A stretch of 64,000 bases of DNA from Candidatus Adlerbacteria bacterium (GTDB lineage Bacteria; Patescibacteriota; Minisyncoccia; Phycocordibacterales; SBAW01). The position numbers were made by a program, and so were the translations under genes. The notes beneath the pieces are model-generated. The model saw only the letters and a program-made list of their open reading frames with translations. It made no database searches and was not told the DNA's origin. Each line of letters starts with the position of its first letter. The stretch's first letter is position 1. Location of the stretch: assembly GCA_027451965.1 (NCBI GenBank), contig DAIDHJ010000001.1, positions 23,639-87,638 of the forward strand, given 5' to 3'. Positions 34,492-42,748 of this stretch are shown piece by piece.

Positions 34492-35181
34492 TTACTCTTT
34501 GCCGTGAAGCATTTCTTTGCGTACGCGTTCAATGGCGCGTCCTGCAGCATCTTGCCCTCCCAGTCCGAATGCCAGACCGAAAGCAAGGGATACTGCTACG
34601 ACGAGTCCAGTGAAGATCGTCTGGATGAATGGTGTCACACCCAACTGATCAAGTGCGGCAAGAATGGCAAAAATCCAAATTGCCCAGCGTGTTACTGCAC
34701 CGGCAACACCTGCAGAAGTGACTCCTGCAGCACGTGCTGATCCAGTGACCACATTCTGCATAACCTCAGCAACCACCGCAGCAAGCAGAATAATGAGTAC
34801 TGCAATAATGACGTGTGGAAGATACGAGAGCACCACGGTTTGCAGGAAGACGTTCACATCGGTAAGTCCAAGCACTTGCAGTGATGCAATCAAGAACACT
34901 GCGATGATGAACCATTTCACCAAACCGCCCAAGAATGCACCGGAATCAAGATGGTATCCTGCTTGTCGCACGACACCCTCTACACCCGCAGCGCGGAGCG
35001 CTTGATCTACTTTGATGGCGCGGATTGCTTGTGCAATTGCCCATCCTACCCACACACCGATAAACCATCCGATGACGAAGATGATGATCGCCAACACCAG
35101 GCTTGGAAGGAAACTAATAATGCCGTAAAACAGCGAATAAAAGGATTGCTGCAATACGTTCATCCATGTCTGAAGAATCAT
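34492..35181 (-). CDS. integral membrane protein (multi-TM; MscS-TM-like / TM-helix-repeat)
   Basis: 229 aa, about 6 hydrophobic helices, no soluble domain. Confidence 0.5.
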   Translation of the reverse strand: MILQTWMNVLQQSFYSLFYGIISFLPSLVLAIIIFVIGWFIGVWVGWAIAQAIRAIKVDQALRAAGVEGVVRQAGYHLDSGAFLGGLVKWFIIAVFLIASLQVLGLTDVNVFLQTVVLSYLPHVIIAVLIILLAAVVAEVMQNVVTGSARAAGVTSAGVAGAVTRWAIWIFAILAALDQLGVTPFIQTIFTGLVVAVSLAFGLAFGLGGQDAAGRAIERVRKEMLHGKE

Positions 35182-35294
35182 ATGGAAATAACAATTACGT
35201 TAATAGTTAATGAATAATCTACTCTTTTATTGTAACAACACGAACACTACTTTTGGCTAGTAGGTGGGGATAATAAAGTCCTTATTTTGAGCCT

Positions 35295-35873
35295 TTACTT
35301 TAATCCTACGTTTAACTTATCGAGCACAATCCGATGAGGGTAATCAATTACATCGCGTACGAGCCGATCATTCATATTAAGACGATACAGGAAATTATCA
35401 GTCGGGAGCATGGAAAAGCGAAGTTCTCTGCCCAATTCTGCTTCCAGTCTTTTTACCCGATCACGTAACTTTCGTTCCTTTAATTTATCGCCTACGACAA
35501 GGAGATCAATAACGCCGTTCCAGTCTCCAAGAAAAATTCCTGACAAAGCAACAAATTTTACTACTCCCAATCCGCGAATAGAAGTAAGAATGGTTTCTCC
35601 TCTCGTTGGCGCGCTGAGTAAGAGATGCTGCAGAGCTTCCGTGTATTGAAAATCAGGAGCGAGTGTGTAGCGAATCCCCTTCCCTCGTGCACTGCGCGTG
35701 ATAAGTCCTACGGATGCAAAGGTTTGTACCTCACGGCGCGCTTCAAGCGCAGGAACGCGAGAGCGTGCCGCTAATTCGGGAAGGGTGAACGATTGACGAG
35801 CATTAAAGAGAAAAAGTCGAAGCAACTTTACTCGTGCCGGACTGCCAAACAGTTTCGAAAGCGGATCAGTCAT
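35295..35873 (-). CDS. winged-helix DNA-binding domain fused to a minimal nucleotidyltransferase-like domain
   Basis: The N-terminal wHTH is LKLLRLFLFNARQSFTLPELAARSRV. The C-terminal LSGIFLGDWNGVIDLLVVGD resembles the pol-beta-type NTase GS...D.D motif. Confidence 0.45.
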   Translation of the reverse strand: MTDPLSKLFGSPARVKLLRLFLFNARQSFTLPELAARSRVPALEARREVQTFASVGLITRSARGKGIRYTLAPDFQYTEALQHLLLSAPTRGETILTSIRGLGVVKFVALSGIFLGDWNGVIDLLVVGDKLKERKLRDRVKRLEAELGRELRFSMLPTDNFLYRLNMNDRLVRDVIDYPHRIVLDKLNVGLK

Positions 35874-35930
35874 ACGTCAAGATGGATACGGCCATTCTAT
35901 AACCTTTACCCGTGCATGCAAGCATATAAA

Positions 35931-35963
35931 AATACCCGCTCAAGGCGGGTATTTTTATATGGA
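35931..35963 (-). terminator. bidirectional intrinsic terminator after rplL
   Basis: ATACCCGC-TCAAG-GCGGGTAT stem with A-tract and T-tract on both sides. Confidence 0.7.
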
Positions 35964-35972
35964 ATAGAAAAG

Positions 35973-36377
35973 TTATTTCAACTCCACCTTTCCTCCAGCA
36001 GCTTCGACTGCCGCTTTCAGTTTCTCTGCATCTTCCTTTTTCATTCCGTCTTTGAGGAGAGTCGGTGCTGCGTCTACCAAATCCTTTGCCTCTTTGAGAC
36101 CGAGACCGAGCGCATCTTTCACCGCTTTGATCACTTGCACTTTCTGCGCACCGGCATCAGTAAGATGCACATTGAATGCAGTTTTTTCTTCCTCAGCTGC
36201 CGCTGCAGATGCTGCAGGAGCTGCTGCGACTGCTGCTGCCGACACACCGAAGTGTGCTTCGAGTGCTTTCACTAATTCGTGGAGTTCCAATACAGAAAGT
36301 TTTTCTACTTTCTCTACCAAATCTTTGAATTTTTCAGGAACTTTCGTTTCTTCTGTGACTGTTGTTTCTTCTGCCAT
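35973..36377 (-). CDS. rplL: 50S ribosomal protein L7/L12
   Basis: 134 aa with Ala-rich hinge and C-terminal [22 protein letters not shown]. Confidence 0.95.
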   Translation of the reverse strand: MAEETTVTEETKVPEKFKDLVEKVEKLSVLELHELVKALEAHFGVSAAAVAAAPAASAAAAEEEKTAFNVHLTDAGAQKVQVIKAVKDALGLGLKEAKDLVDAAPTLLKDGMKKEDAEKLKAAVEAAGGKVELK

Positions 36378-36387
36378 AGATATGTCA

Positions 36388-36870
36388 TTACTGCTTCTGT
36401 GCGATTTGATCGAGCACTACTGCCAATCGCTGAAGCGGACTGTTAATCAATTGTACGAACTGCGCACGTAGTATCTGCATACCCGGGATTGCCGCAATGG
36501 AAGTGATTTCATCTTTAGTGATGTACTTTCCTCCAAATATGCCTCCAGCGAACGCCAGCTGTTCTGGATACTTCTTCACAAACACCGCAAACTCGCGTGC
36601 TGGTGCAAGTTCATCTTCACCGTACACCAAGCTGATTTCCCCATTCAGTTCAGGCATATCGCCTGCGAATGTGTCGCCGAATCCGCGTCGCACGAGATTT
36701 TTCTTTGCGACCGTGTATCCAATTCCCTGGGCACGCAGCGCCTGGCGGAGTTCGTTCTGCTGGTTTACCGGCAGTTTTTTGAAGTTTGCAAAGACAATGG
36801 TTTTTGCAGTCTGTGCAATACCGTGTACTTTTTCTACTACTTCTGTTTTTTTCTCTTTTGTAATTGCCAT
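36388..36870 (-). CDS. rplJ: 50S ribosomal protein L10
   Basis: Start at [15 protein letters not shown] (ATG at 36868-36870). The ORF-track extension to 37011 reads through the leader. Confidence 0.85.
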   Translation of the reverse strand: MAITKEKKTEVVEKVHGIAQTAKTIVFANFKKLPVNQQNELRQALRAQGIGYTVAKKNLVRRGFGDTFAGDMPELNGEISLVYGEDELAPAREFAVFVKKYPEQLAFAGGIFGGKYITKDEITSIAAIPGMQILRAQFVQLINSPLQRLAVVLDQIAQKQ

Positions 36871-37014
36871 AGTACGTGTTGGGTAATAAAAATACCCTCT
36901 TGATTGAAGGCTTTCGACACCCATCCAACGATTGGAGAGATTTCGACCTCGGTAGGTGCGTAACGCATTAGACTCGTGATGAGTACCTACTGTCTTAAGC
37001 CTATGCACCAAACG
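36871..37014 (-). promoter_or_regulatory. rplJL 5' leader (candidate L10-leader autoregulatory region)
   Basis: A ~145-nt untranslated GC-rich region between the small upstream ORF and rplJ. This position is typical of the L10(L12)4-binding leader. Confidence 0.35.
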
Positions 37015-37164
37015 TTACTGTACGGCAGTGGTATTGTCAACGGATGGTACTGATCGCTGCTTTACAGCGTATCCGGCCGCGATAAGTACACCAAGCGCAA
37101 TGATGATGATGGCAAGGAACCCAAAGAAGAAACGGATGAAGGTTTTGGTAAAAAATCTATTCAT
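37015..37164 (-). CDS. small hypothetical membrane protein (49 aa, single TM)
   Basis: Manual translation MNRFFTKTFIRFFFGFLAIIIIALGVLIAAGYAVKQRSVPSVDNTTAVQ. Its start abuts the TPR gene stop. Below the ORF-track size cutoff. Confidence 0.3.
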   Translation of the reverse strand: MNRFFTKTFIRFFFGFLAIIIIALGVLIAAGYAVKQRSVPSVDNTTAVQ

Positions 37165-37166
37165 GC

Positions 37167-37853
37167 CTACTGCCCGCTTTGCAGCTGCGACTGCAGCTGG
37201 AGCAAGGTTGCATTTCCCGGATTTGCCTTCAATCCTTGTGCGAGGATAGCTGCCGCAGCTGTCGGATTATTCTCTTTGTAGCGGTACAACATATAGAGAT
37301 TGTTATAGAGATCTATGTTGGATGGGTTCAGCTTTATTGCCGCCAAATAATTAGTTTCCGCCTTCGGATAATCGATAAGGAAGTTTGTGTATAGATCACC
37401 TAGATCAGCAAAAGCTATGTAATTTGAAGGAAGAGCTTGTGTAAGATATGTCCAAACATTTGCTGCGGCAACATAATCCCCGGCCTCCTTATAGTCTATA
37501 GCGAGTTGAAGCCAGTTCTGTGTATTTGAGGGGTTGGTTTTAAGTTGGGCCCTTAATTGAGCAATTTGCGTTTGTAGTTGAGTAACAATATCTGTTGATA
37601 GAGTAGAAGAATAGGTTACTTGTTGTGTAAGGCTTGGAAGGGTTACATTTTGAAGTATGTGCACCGTCGCTCCTGCTGGAAGGCCAGTGATGGATATTCC
37701 ATTACCTAATGCAGTGGACGAGGATACATTTCCAGGCATTTGCGTTTCCGTCTTTTGTTGAGTTTCAAGTTTGTGTCTTAAAAATAACCCCCCAATAGCT
37801 ACGAGCAGTAGTATGATCCAAAAACTGAGCCATGAGTATTGTTTATAATGCAT
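37167..37853 (-). CDS. TPR-repeat protein with N-terminal membrane anchor
   Basis: Start at MHYKQYSWLSFWIILLL. The C-terminal half holds several TPR-like repeats (AIDYKEAGDYVAAANVWTYL, LAAIKLNPSN...). Confidence 0.7.
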   Translation of the reverse strand: MHYKQYSWLSFWIILLLVAIGGLFLRHKLETQQKTETQMPGNVSSSTALGNGISITGLPAGATVHILQNVTLPSLTQQVTYSSTLSTDIVTQLQTQIAQLRAQLKTNPSNTQNWLQLAIDYKEAGDYVAAANVWTYLTQALPSNYIAFADLGDLYTNFLIDYPKAETNYLAAIKLNPSNIDLYNNLYMLYRYKENNPTAAAAILAQGLKANPGNATLLQLQSQLQSGQ

Positions 37854-37859
37854 GTTTCC

Positions 37860-37888
37860 ATTGTATCGTGGTCCATATTTCAAGGCAA
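37860..37888 (-). promoter_or_regulatory. candidate promoter TTGCCT-17 nt-TACAAT giving a near-leaderless TPR transcript
   Basis: The -10 element ends about 7 nt before the ATG at 37853. Confidence 0.4.
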
Positions 37889-37911
37889 AAATTTTTATTT
37901 CCCCACAACAC

Positions 37912-37940
37912 AAAAACCCCTCCAATTGGAGGGGTTTTTG
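37912..37940 (-). terminator. bidirectional intrinsic terminator after the 1153-aa gene
   Basis: AAAAA-CCCCTCC-AATT-GGAGGGG-TTTTT. Confidence 0.75.
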
Positions 37941-37988
37941 TTTCCTTCTAACTAAGCTTGATTGATCTTAGGAGATCGAACCAGAGGG

Positions 37989-40900
37989 TTAGTTAGTTCG
38001 GTTTTGAGTAATACCAACCGATGGAAGACCTGCTACGCCATAACCGTTTGTCCAGTCGCTAACCGTCGTAACTGTAGTAGTGGTTGCGTTTGGTGACCAG
38101 ACGAAGTTACTGCCGTTCACTTGAGATACAGTTCCCATGTTACCGGACGTAAGACCAGTTGGGTATGCTGCATCACCATTGAGTGTCGTGCTGACGTTAT
38201 AGGTCGTACCAGAGCCCGCGACAGTACCTACGAGCGAGAAGTAGTAGGTGCCACCTGCTGGAATTTCAAGTGGTCCTGTACCGTTATTTACCACAACGGT
38301 AACTTTCTGAGATCCGGTTGCGCCAAGTACTGAGAGTGCAGAGCTGTTAAGCACACCGCTTGCAAATCCAGGAACTGGTTGAGAGTACCCAGAATCAGTG
38401 TAAGCGTAAAGATTTACGTTAGACACTGTTGCAGAAGTGGTTGCTACTCCGAATACGAGCTGGTTGATACCAATAGGATTCTGAGAACCAGCAGAGATGC
38501 TGAAGCGGATAAGGTGACCATCAGAGACACCGTTTGAGGTCAGTCCAGAGCCAAGTGCGACTGTTGGAACTGAGTGGAATACACGAACTCCTGAAGAAGC
38601 AGTAGTTCCTGTGCTGTAGATGGTTGTACCTGAGTTTGCACCAACACCCTGTGCATCCTTAAGGTCGACTGCAACAAGGTCACCCTCTGTTGCTGGCTGG
38701 AATGAACCAACCGCAGCAATATCACCCTTCACAAGGATCTGCGCATCCTGATTGTTTGGAAGCTGAACCACTGTAGAGAGCGTTGAAGTTGCTACCGTCG
38801 AACCGCTTGGGAATTGCATAGTACCAAGCAATGTACCTGGTGCTACTGCTGCTCCGCCAGTCGTGTACACATTATTTCCTGCGTACAAGTACACATTGCT
38901 GAGATCAGCTGCAGAAGATGAAGCGGTTGCAGTTGTGAGAGACAATGCAATCTTCTGAAGATTGACCGGCTCGTTTGCTGCATGAAGCTTGATCACATTA
39001 AGAAGTGCACCAGTTGTACCACCTGCAACGAGCGTGTAGGACGGTGAAGATGGGTCAATAGATGCTGCAAGCGTTGCGCCAGAAGAGATGGTCATAGTAG
39101 GAGCAGTACCTACGCCCGTAAAGGTTGGGGTTACTGAGCTACCAGATACTGAACCGCTCACTGACCAATCACCTGCCGTGCTGTCTACACCCCACTGGTA
39201 GGTACCAGTAGCGGATGAAGAAACACTACACTGGAGATTAAGGCTGAGGATCGTTCCTTTCGGAATAACAAGCGAGTTATCGAGGCTGAAGTTTGTCTTT
39301 CCGCCTGATGTCGTGTTGATGTTTGAACCATTGATTACACGAGTACCAGTATTCAATGCAGTAGATCCGTTATAGATCTGACAAGCACTGAGATTAAGCT
39401 GTCCGTTTGTACCGCTGAAGGTAAGATCGAGCGGTATTGAAGAAAGACGGATGTCTTCTCCAGATTGTGAAGCATCAAGAGAAACAGTAGCGAATACTAC
39501 ATTGCTTCCTCCAGCAACCACATTCTGTGAGACTGGAGTCGTGCCATTAGTAGCATTAAGCGTTGCCGCTTGTACCGTCATCGTGTTCATGGTGACAGTA
39601 TTGCTTGGCAAGCTAATAGTGTTTCCTGTGGTATTTCCAGTCACACTGCTCCAATCAGTTGATGGAGTAGTTGAAGCCTGGATCGTAATACCACCAGCAG
39701 TTCCACTCGGCACTTCACCTTGCAGGGTGTACGTTGCCGCACCTGTTGGGAAGTTGATTGCTCCGGTGAAGGTTACGGACTCATCGGTGCAGGTAGCACC
39801 GGCATTACAGGTCGCATTGTATGGACCGGCAATAACGCTGCCGTTCTGATTCACCAACGAAACGTTCGTAAGCGGTGAGATAGAAGCACTGCTGTGGAAG
39901 TGTACCGTTACGCTCTGTGCAGTGATTGACTCACCAGTGAGGTTCGTCTGGAAACCACCGAGAGGCTGATTAAGTACGTTCACACCAATGTTCTGTGCTG
40001 CTACTGAGGTTGCGTTCTGGAAGGTTGAGATCGAGCCCGCAGTTACAGTAACGGTTGCACCGAAGTAGAACGGGTTGCTTGAAGCTTGGAAGCCAGAATT
40101 AGCATTGTTCGTCGTTGAGTAAGTACCTGAACCAGTTGCCGTTGGCGTGATGCCATAGCCATAGGTATTGCCTACGAGATAAATATCGGTTGCGCGATAG
40201 ATATCGAACTCTGCTGTGGAATTAGCATTCGTGTTAGAGCTGAGATCACCCTGCACATAGAGGTCGAGTGATTGACCCTTTGGAATCACAATGCCGCTTG
40301 GGAATGTAGAAGTGTAGTAGCGTCCAGTCGCATCAACGGTCGTCGGATATGACGTACCATTTACTACTGTAACTACGTTAGAAACTCCTGAAGCAGATCC
40401 TGATTGATACCAAGTGATTGACTTGAGTGTCTGATCTTCAGCAGAACCAGCCTGGAGACGGATTGCTGAGAAGCGATATCCGGATGTGCCAATTGGTTGA
40501 CTTGAAGAAGAACGTGGGTCAAACGATGAGAATGACACCGTGTTGGTACCAATGGTAAGCGTATTGTTCATCGTCACGCTTGCACCGGTGATCGGGAGTG
40601 ATCCTGATACTGATGAAGACGTATTGATTGCAGTGACTGCAATAGACGCAACATCACCAGAACCAACAGAAGATGCAATATTACCTGCCACTTGGAAGGT
40701 CATTGAGGTTCCTGCTGGGATAGTGATCGGCTGACCGATGGTTGCGCTGTGATTGGCATCAAACACATGGGAGATACCCATCTGCTGGCCAGTTGCAACG
40801 TTGATGAGCTCTACTCCAGAGAAATCAGTGTCGAGGGATGGACCCTGTCGTACGATTGAAACACTGTTAAGTGTTACTGGAGCGCCGTTTGCCGTAACCG

Positions 40901-41450
40901 TGAAGGTGGTAAACGGAACGCGAGACGCAAGCTTAGGAGCAACTGAATTTGCTGGCTGAGCAGCAACAGATACTACTGCAGTACCTGCAGCGGTTCCTGT
41001 CGTGGTCGTGCCAGTGCCAGTGCTACCGCCAGTTGTTGAACCGGAGGTCGTACCTGCGCACAGTGCATTTGCTTCTGCGCGAGATGATGGACCCCAGTAG
41101 CCTGATGCAACAGAAAGTCCGACTGGAGCAAGCACGTTAGAAGCGTACTTGGTCTGGAACTTCTTGATTGCCGCGGTCGTGAGCGGTCCGAGGTACGTAG
41201 TCTCATTTCCTGGAGATCCTGCACCTACGGAAGCGACCATCGTGTCCGGACTGGAGTTCAAGAACTGCTGAAGCTGCATGACTGCTGTTCCGGTAGAACC
41301 TTTCTTAAGGTTCATTGAGAACGTGGTGCCTGGGCAGATAGATGCTGCGTGTGCTGGAGCAACAGAAACTGTTGCGAACACAAATGCAGCAAGCGCTACG
41401 ACACCAAAGGTCAAGGCAGCAAGCCCTGTAGAACGATTGGTTAATGTCAT
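37989..41450 (-). CDS. large secreted cell-surface protein: signal peptide, PG_binding_1-like domain, Thr/Gly-rich linker, ~1000 aa of repetitive beta-rich Ser/Thr/Gly/Val modules
   Basis: N-terminus: hydrophobic signal with AHA-AS cleavage site. Peptidoglycan-binding motif: LKKGSTGTAVMQLQQFL...LGPLTTAAIKKFQ. The rest is low-complexity repeats. Confidence 0.7.
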   Translation of the reverse strand: MTLTNRSTGLAALTFGVVALAAFVFATVSVAPAHAASICPGTTFSMNLKKGSTGTAVMQLQQFLNSSPDTMVASVGAGSPGNETTYLGPLTTAAIKKFQTKYASNVLAPVGLSVASGYWGPSSRAEANALCAGTTSGSTTGGSTGTGTTTTGTAAGTAVVSVAAQPANSVAPKLASRVPFTTFTVTANGAPVTLNSVSIVRQGPSLDTDFSGVELINVATGQQMGISHVFDANHSATIGQPITIPAGTSMTFQVAGNIASSVGSGDVASIAVTAINTSSSVSGSLPITGASVTMNNTLTIGTNTVSFSSFDPRSSSSQPIGTSGYRFSAIRLQAGSAEDQTLKSITWYQSGSASGVSNVVTVVNGTSYPTTVDATGRYYTSTFPSGIVIPKGQSLDLYVQGDLSSNTNANSTAEFDIYRATDIYLVGNTYGYGITPTATGSGTYSTTNNANSGFQASSNPFYFGATVTVTAGSISTFQNATSVAAQNIGVNVLNQPLGGFQTNLTGESITAQSVTVHFHSSASISPLTNVSLVNQNGSVIAGPYNATCNAGATCTDESVTFTGAINFPTGAATYTLQGEVPSGTAGGITIQASTTPSTDWSSVTGNTTGNTISLPSNTVTMNTMTVQAATLNATNGTTPVSQNVVAGGSNVVFATVSLDASQSGEDIRLSSIPLDLTFSGTNGQLNLSACQIYNGSTALNTGTRVINGSNINTTSGGKTNFSLDNSLVIPKGTILSLNLQCSVSSSATGTYQWGVDSTAGDWSVSGSVSGSSVTPTFTGVGTAPTMTISSGATLAASIDPSSPSYTLVAGGTTGALLNVIKLHAANEPVNLQKIALSLTTATASSSAADLSNVYLYAGNNVYTTGGAAVAPGTLLGTMQFPSGSTVATSTLSTVVQLPNNQDAQILVKGDIAAVGSFQPATEGDLVAVDLKDAQGVGANSGTTIYSTGTTASSGVRVFHSVPTVALGSGLTSNGVSDGHLIRFSISAGSQNPIGINQLVFGVATTSATVSNVNLYAYTDSGYSQPVPGFASGVLNSSALSVLGATGSQKVTVVVNNGTGPLEIPAGGTYYFSLVGTVAGSGTTYNVSTTLNGDAAYPTGLTSGNMGTVSQVNGSNFVWSPNATTTTVTTVSDWTNGYGVAGLPSVGITQNRTN

Positions 41451-41904
41451 AAATTTTCGAACGAAAAAATTATTTTTAATGCTACGAATAAAGCGAACTA
41501 ATAAACCTACCTGCCAACATCATTGTTTTTCTCAATCCATAGTCTCTGTTTAAAGAAAGTACGAGATGAAAAAACACACATGACAGCTTAGGTAGCAAGA
41601 GAGAAGTGGAATCGGTCAGGCAACCAAAACAGAGCGAGGAGGATTCCATATAGATGAAAGGTGCAAAAAAACACCCTCACGCACTTACAACTAACAATAC
41701 TGAAGACGCGATTTACTCGCGTATCTTACCTATGTTTTTCACGAACAAGTTCTGTATGCAGTTGTCAATGAGCGGGTATTTTCTGCCCTAAGCAAAAGCC
41801 CAGAATGCCTGGATAGAACCTGGTACTATTATAGGCAGGGCCAAAAAAGCCTGCAAAAATACCGTGTGGATAAGGTTACACTAGGCCAGATGGAGGGTCA
41901 ATGC

Positions 41905-42621
41905 TCACTGGGTCGTCGGCAGATATATGCTCCAGCGACGCTCCCCTACTTTTTTTACCGATCCTTCCTTTATGAGCTGCACCAGCTCTCGCTGTATGGT
42001 TTTCTCACTGCAATTACGGACAATATTAGAAATTTCTTTGATTGAAACGCCTTTTTTACTTTTTATAAAATTCAGGATCTTCGCTGTGCGATCAGTTTGA
42101 GATGGAAGTGTTGAGTGTGCTGATATAGGGTGTCCTTTACTATGTCCTTTATATAGTGAAGCAGGAGACTCTGTCTTTCCTGGCAAAACCGGCATTTCTT
42201 CTCCCGTAAAAAACGGTACGGCGAATTGTTCCGGAGATACAAGCAGCGGCGTTCTTTCTTCCTCTAATCGCTCAGCGATACCCTCGCATTCAGCGATGAT
42301 AAGCAGTCCGTTTTCTTCACTCAGCAATCCTTGCAGCATGGCCGATCGCAGTATCGATATAAGTGAAAATACATTTCCCAGTGCCTCACTACGATGCACG
42401 CTTCCCGCACAAAAGTATATGATCCCGTCTGTCACCTTTTGCGCTTTACCGAGCACGTCTTTCCATATAGATGCAGTGCCGGGTATGCTGTGTTGTCCTA
42501 GATAGGCAAGCGTATGCGCAACCCGTTCCGATTTCAAATAGCAAAAATAATACTGAGACCGTCCTTTAAAAAGCGCTGAAGAGAGAGCGAAATCATGAAA
42601 CTTTTTTGTCTTTTCTGGCAT
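41905..42621 (-). CDS. putative transcriptional regulator with C-terminal winged-helix HTH
   Basis: C-terminal GVSIKEISNIVRNCSEKTIQRELVQLIKEGSVKKVG. The N-terminal ~170 aa are unassigned. Confidence 0.45.
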   Translation of the reverse strand: MPEKTKKFHDFALSSALFKGRSQYYFCYLKSERVAHTLAYLGQHSIPGTASIWKDVLGKAQKVTDGIIYFCAGSVHRSEALGNVFSLISILRSAMLQGLLSEENGLLIIAECEGIAERLEEERTPLLVSPEQFAVPFFTGEEMPVLPGKTESPASLYKGHSKGHPISAHSTLPSQTDRTAKILNFIKSKKGVSIKEISNIVRNCSEKTIQRELVQLIKEGSVKKVGERRWSIYLPTTQ

Positions 42622-42748
42622 GTCCGTTGTATGACTTTTTATGTATGTCTTTTATTAAAATAGCTGAGCTATAAGACACATATAAAGTGTCCTAGAGTAT
42701 ATATCGAAACGAAAAAAAGTCTACGGACGTGCGTGCTATGATGATTCC

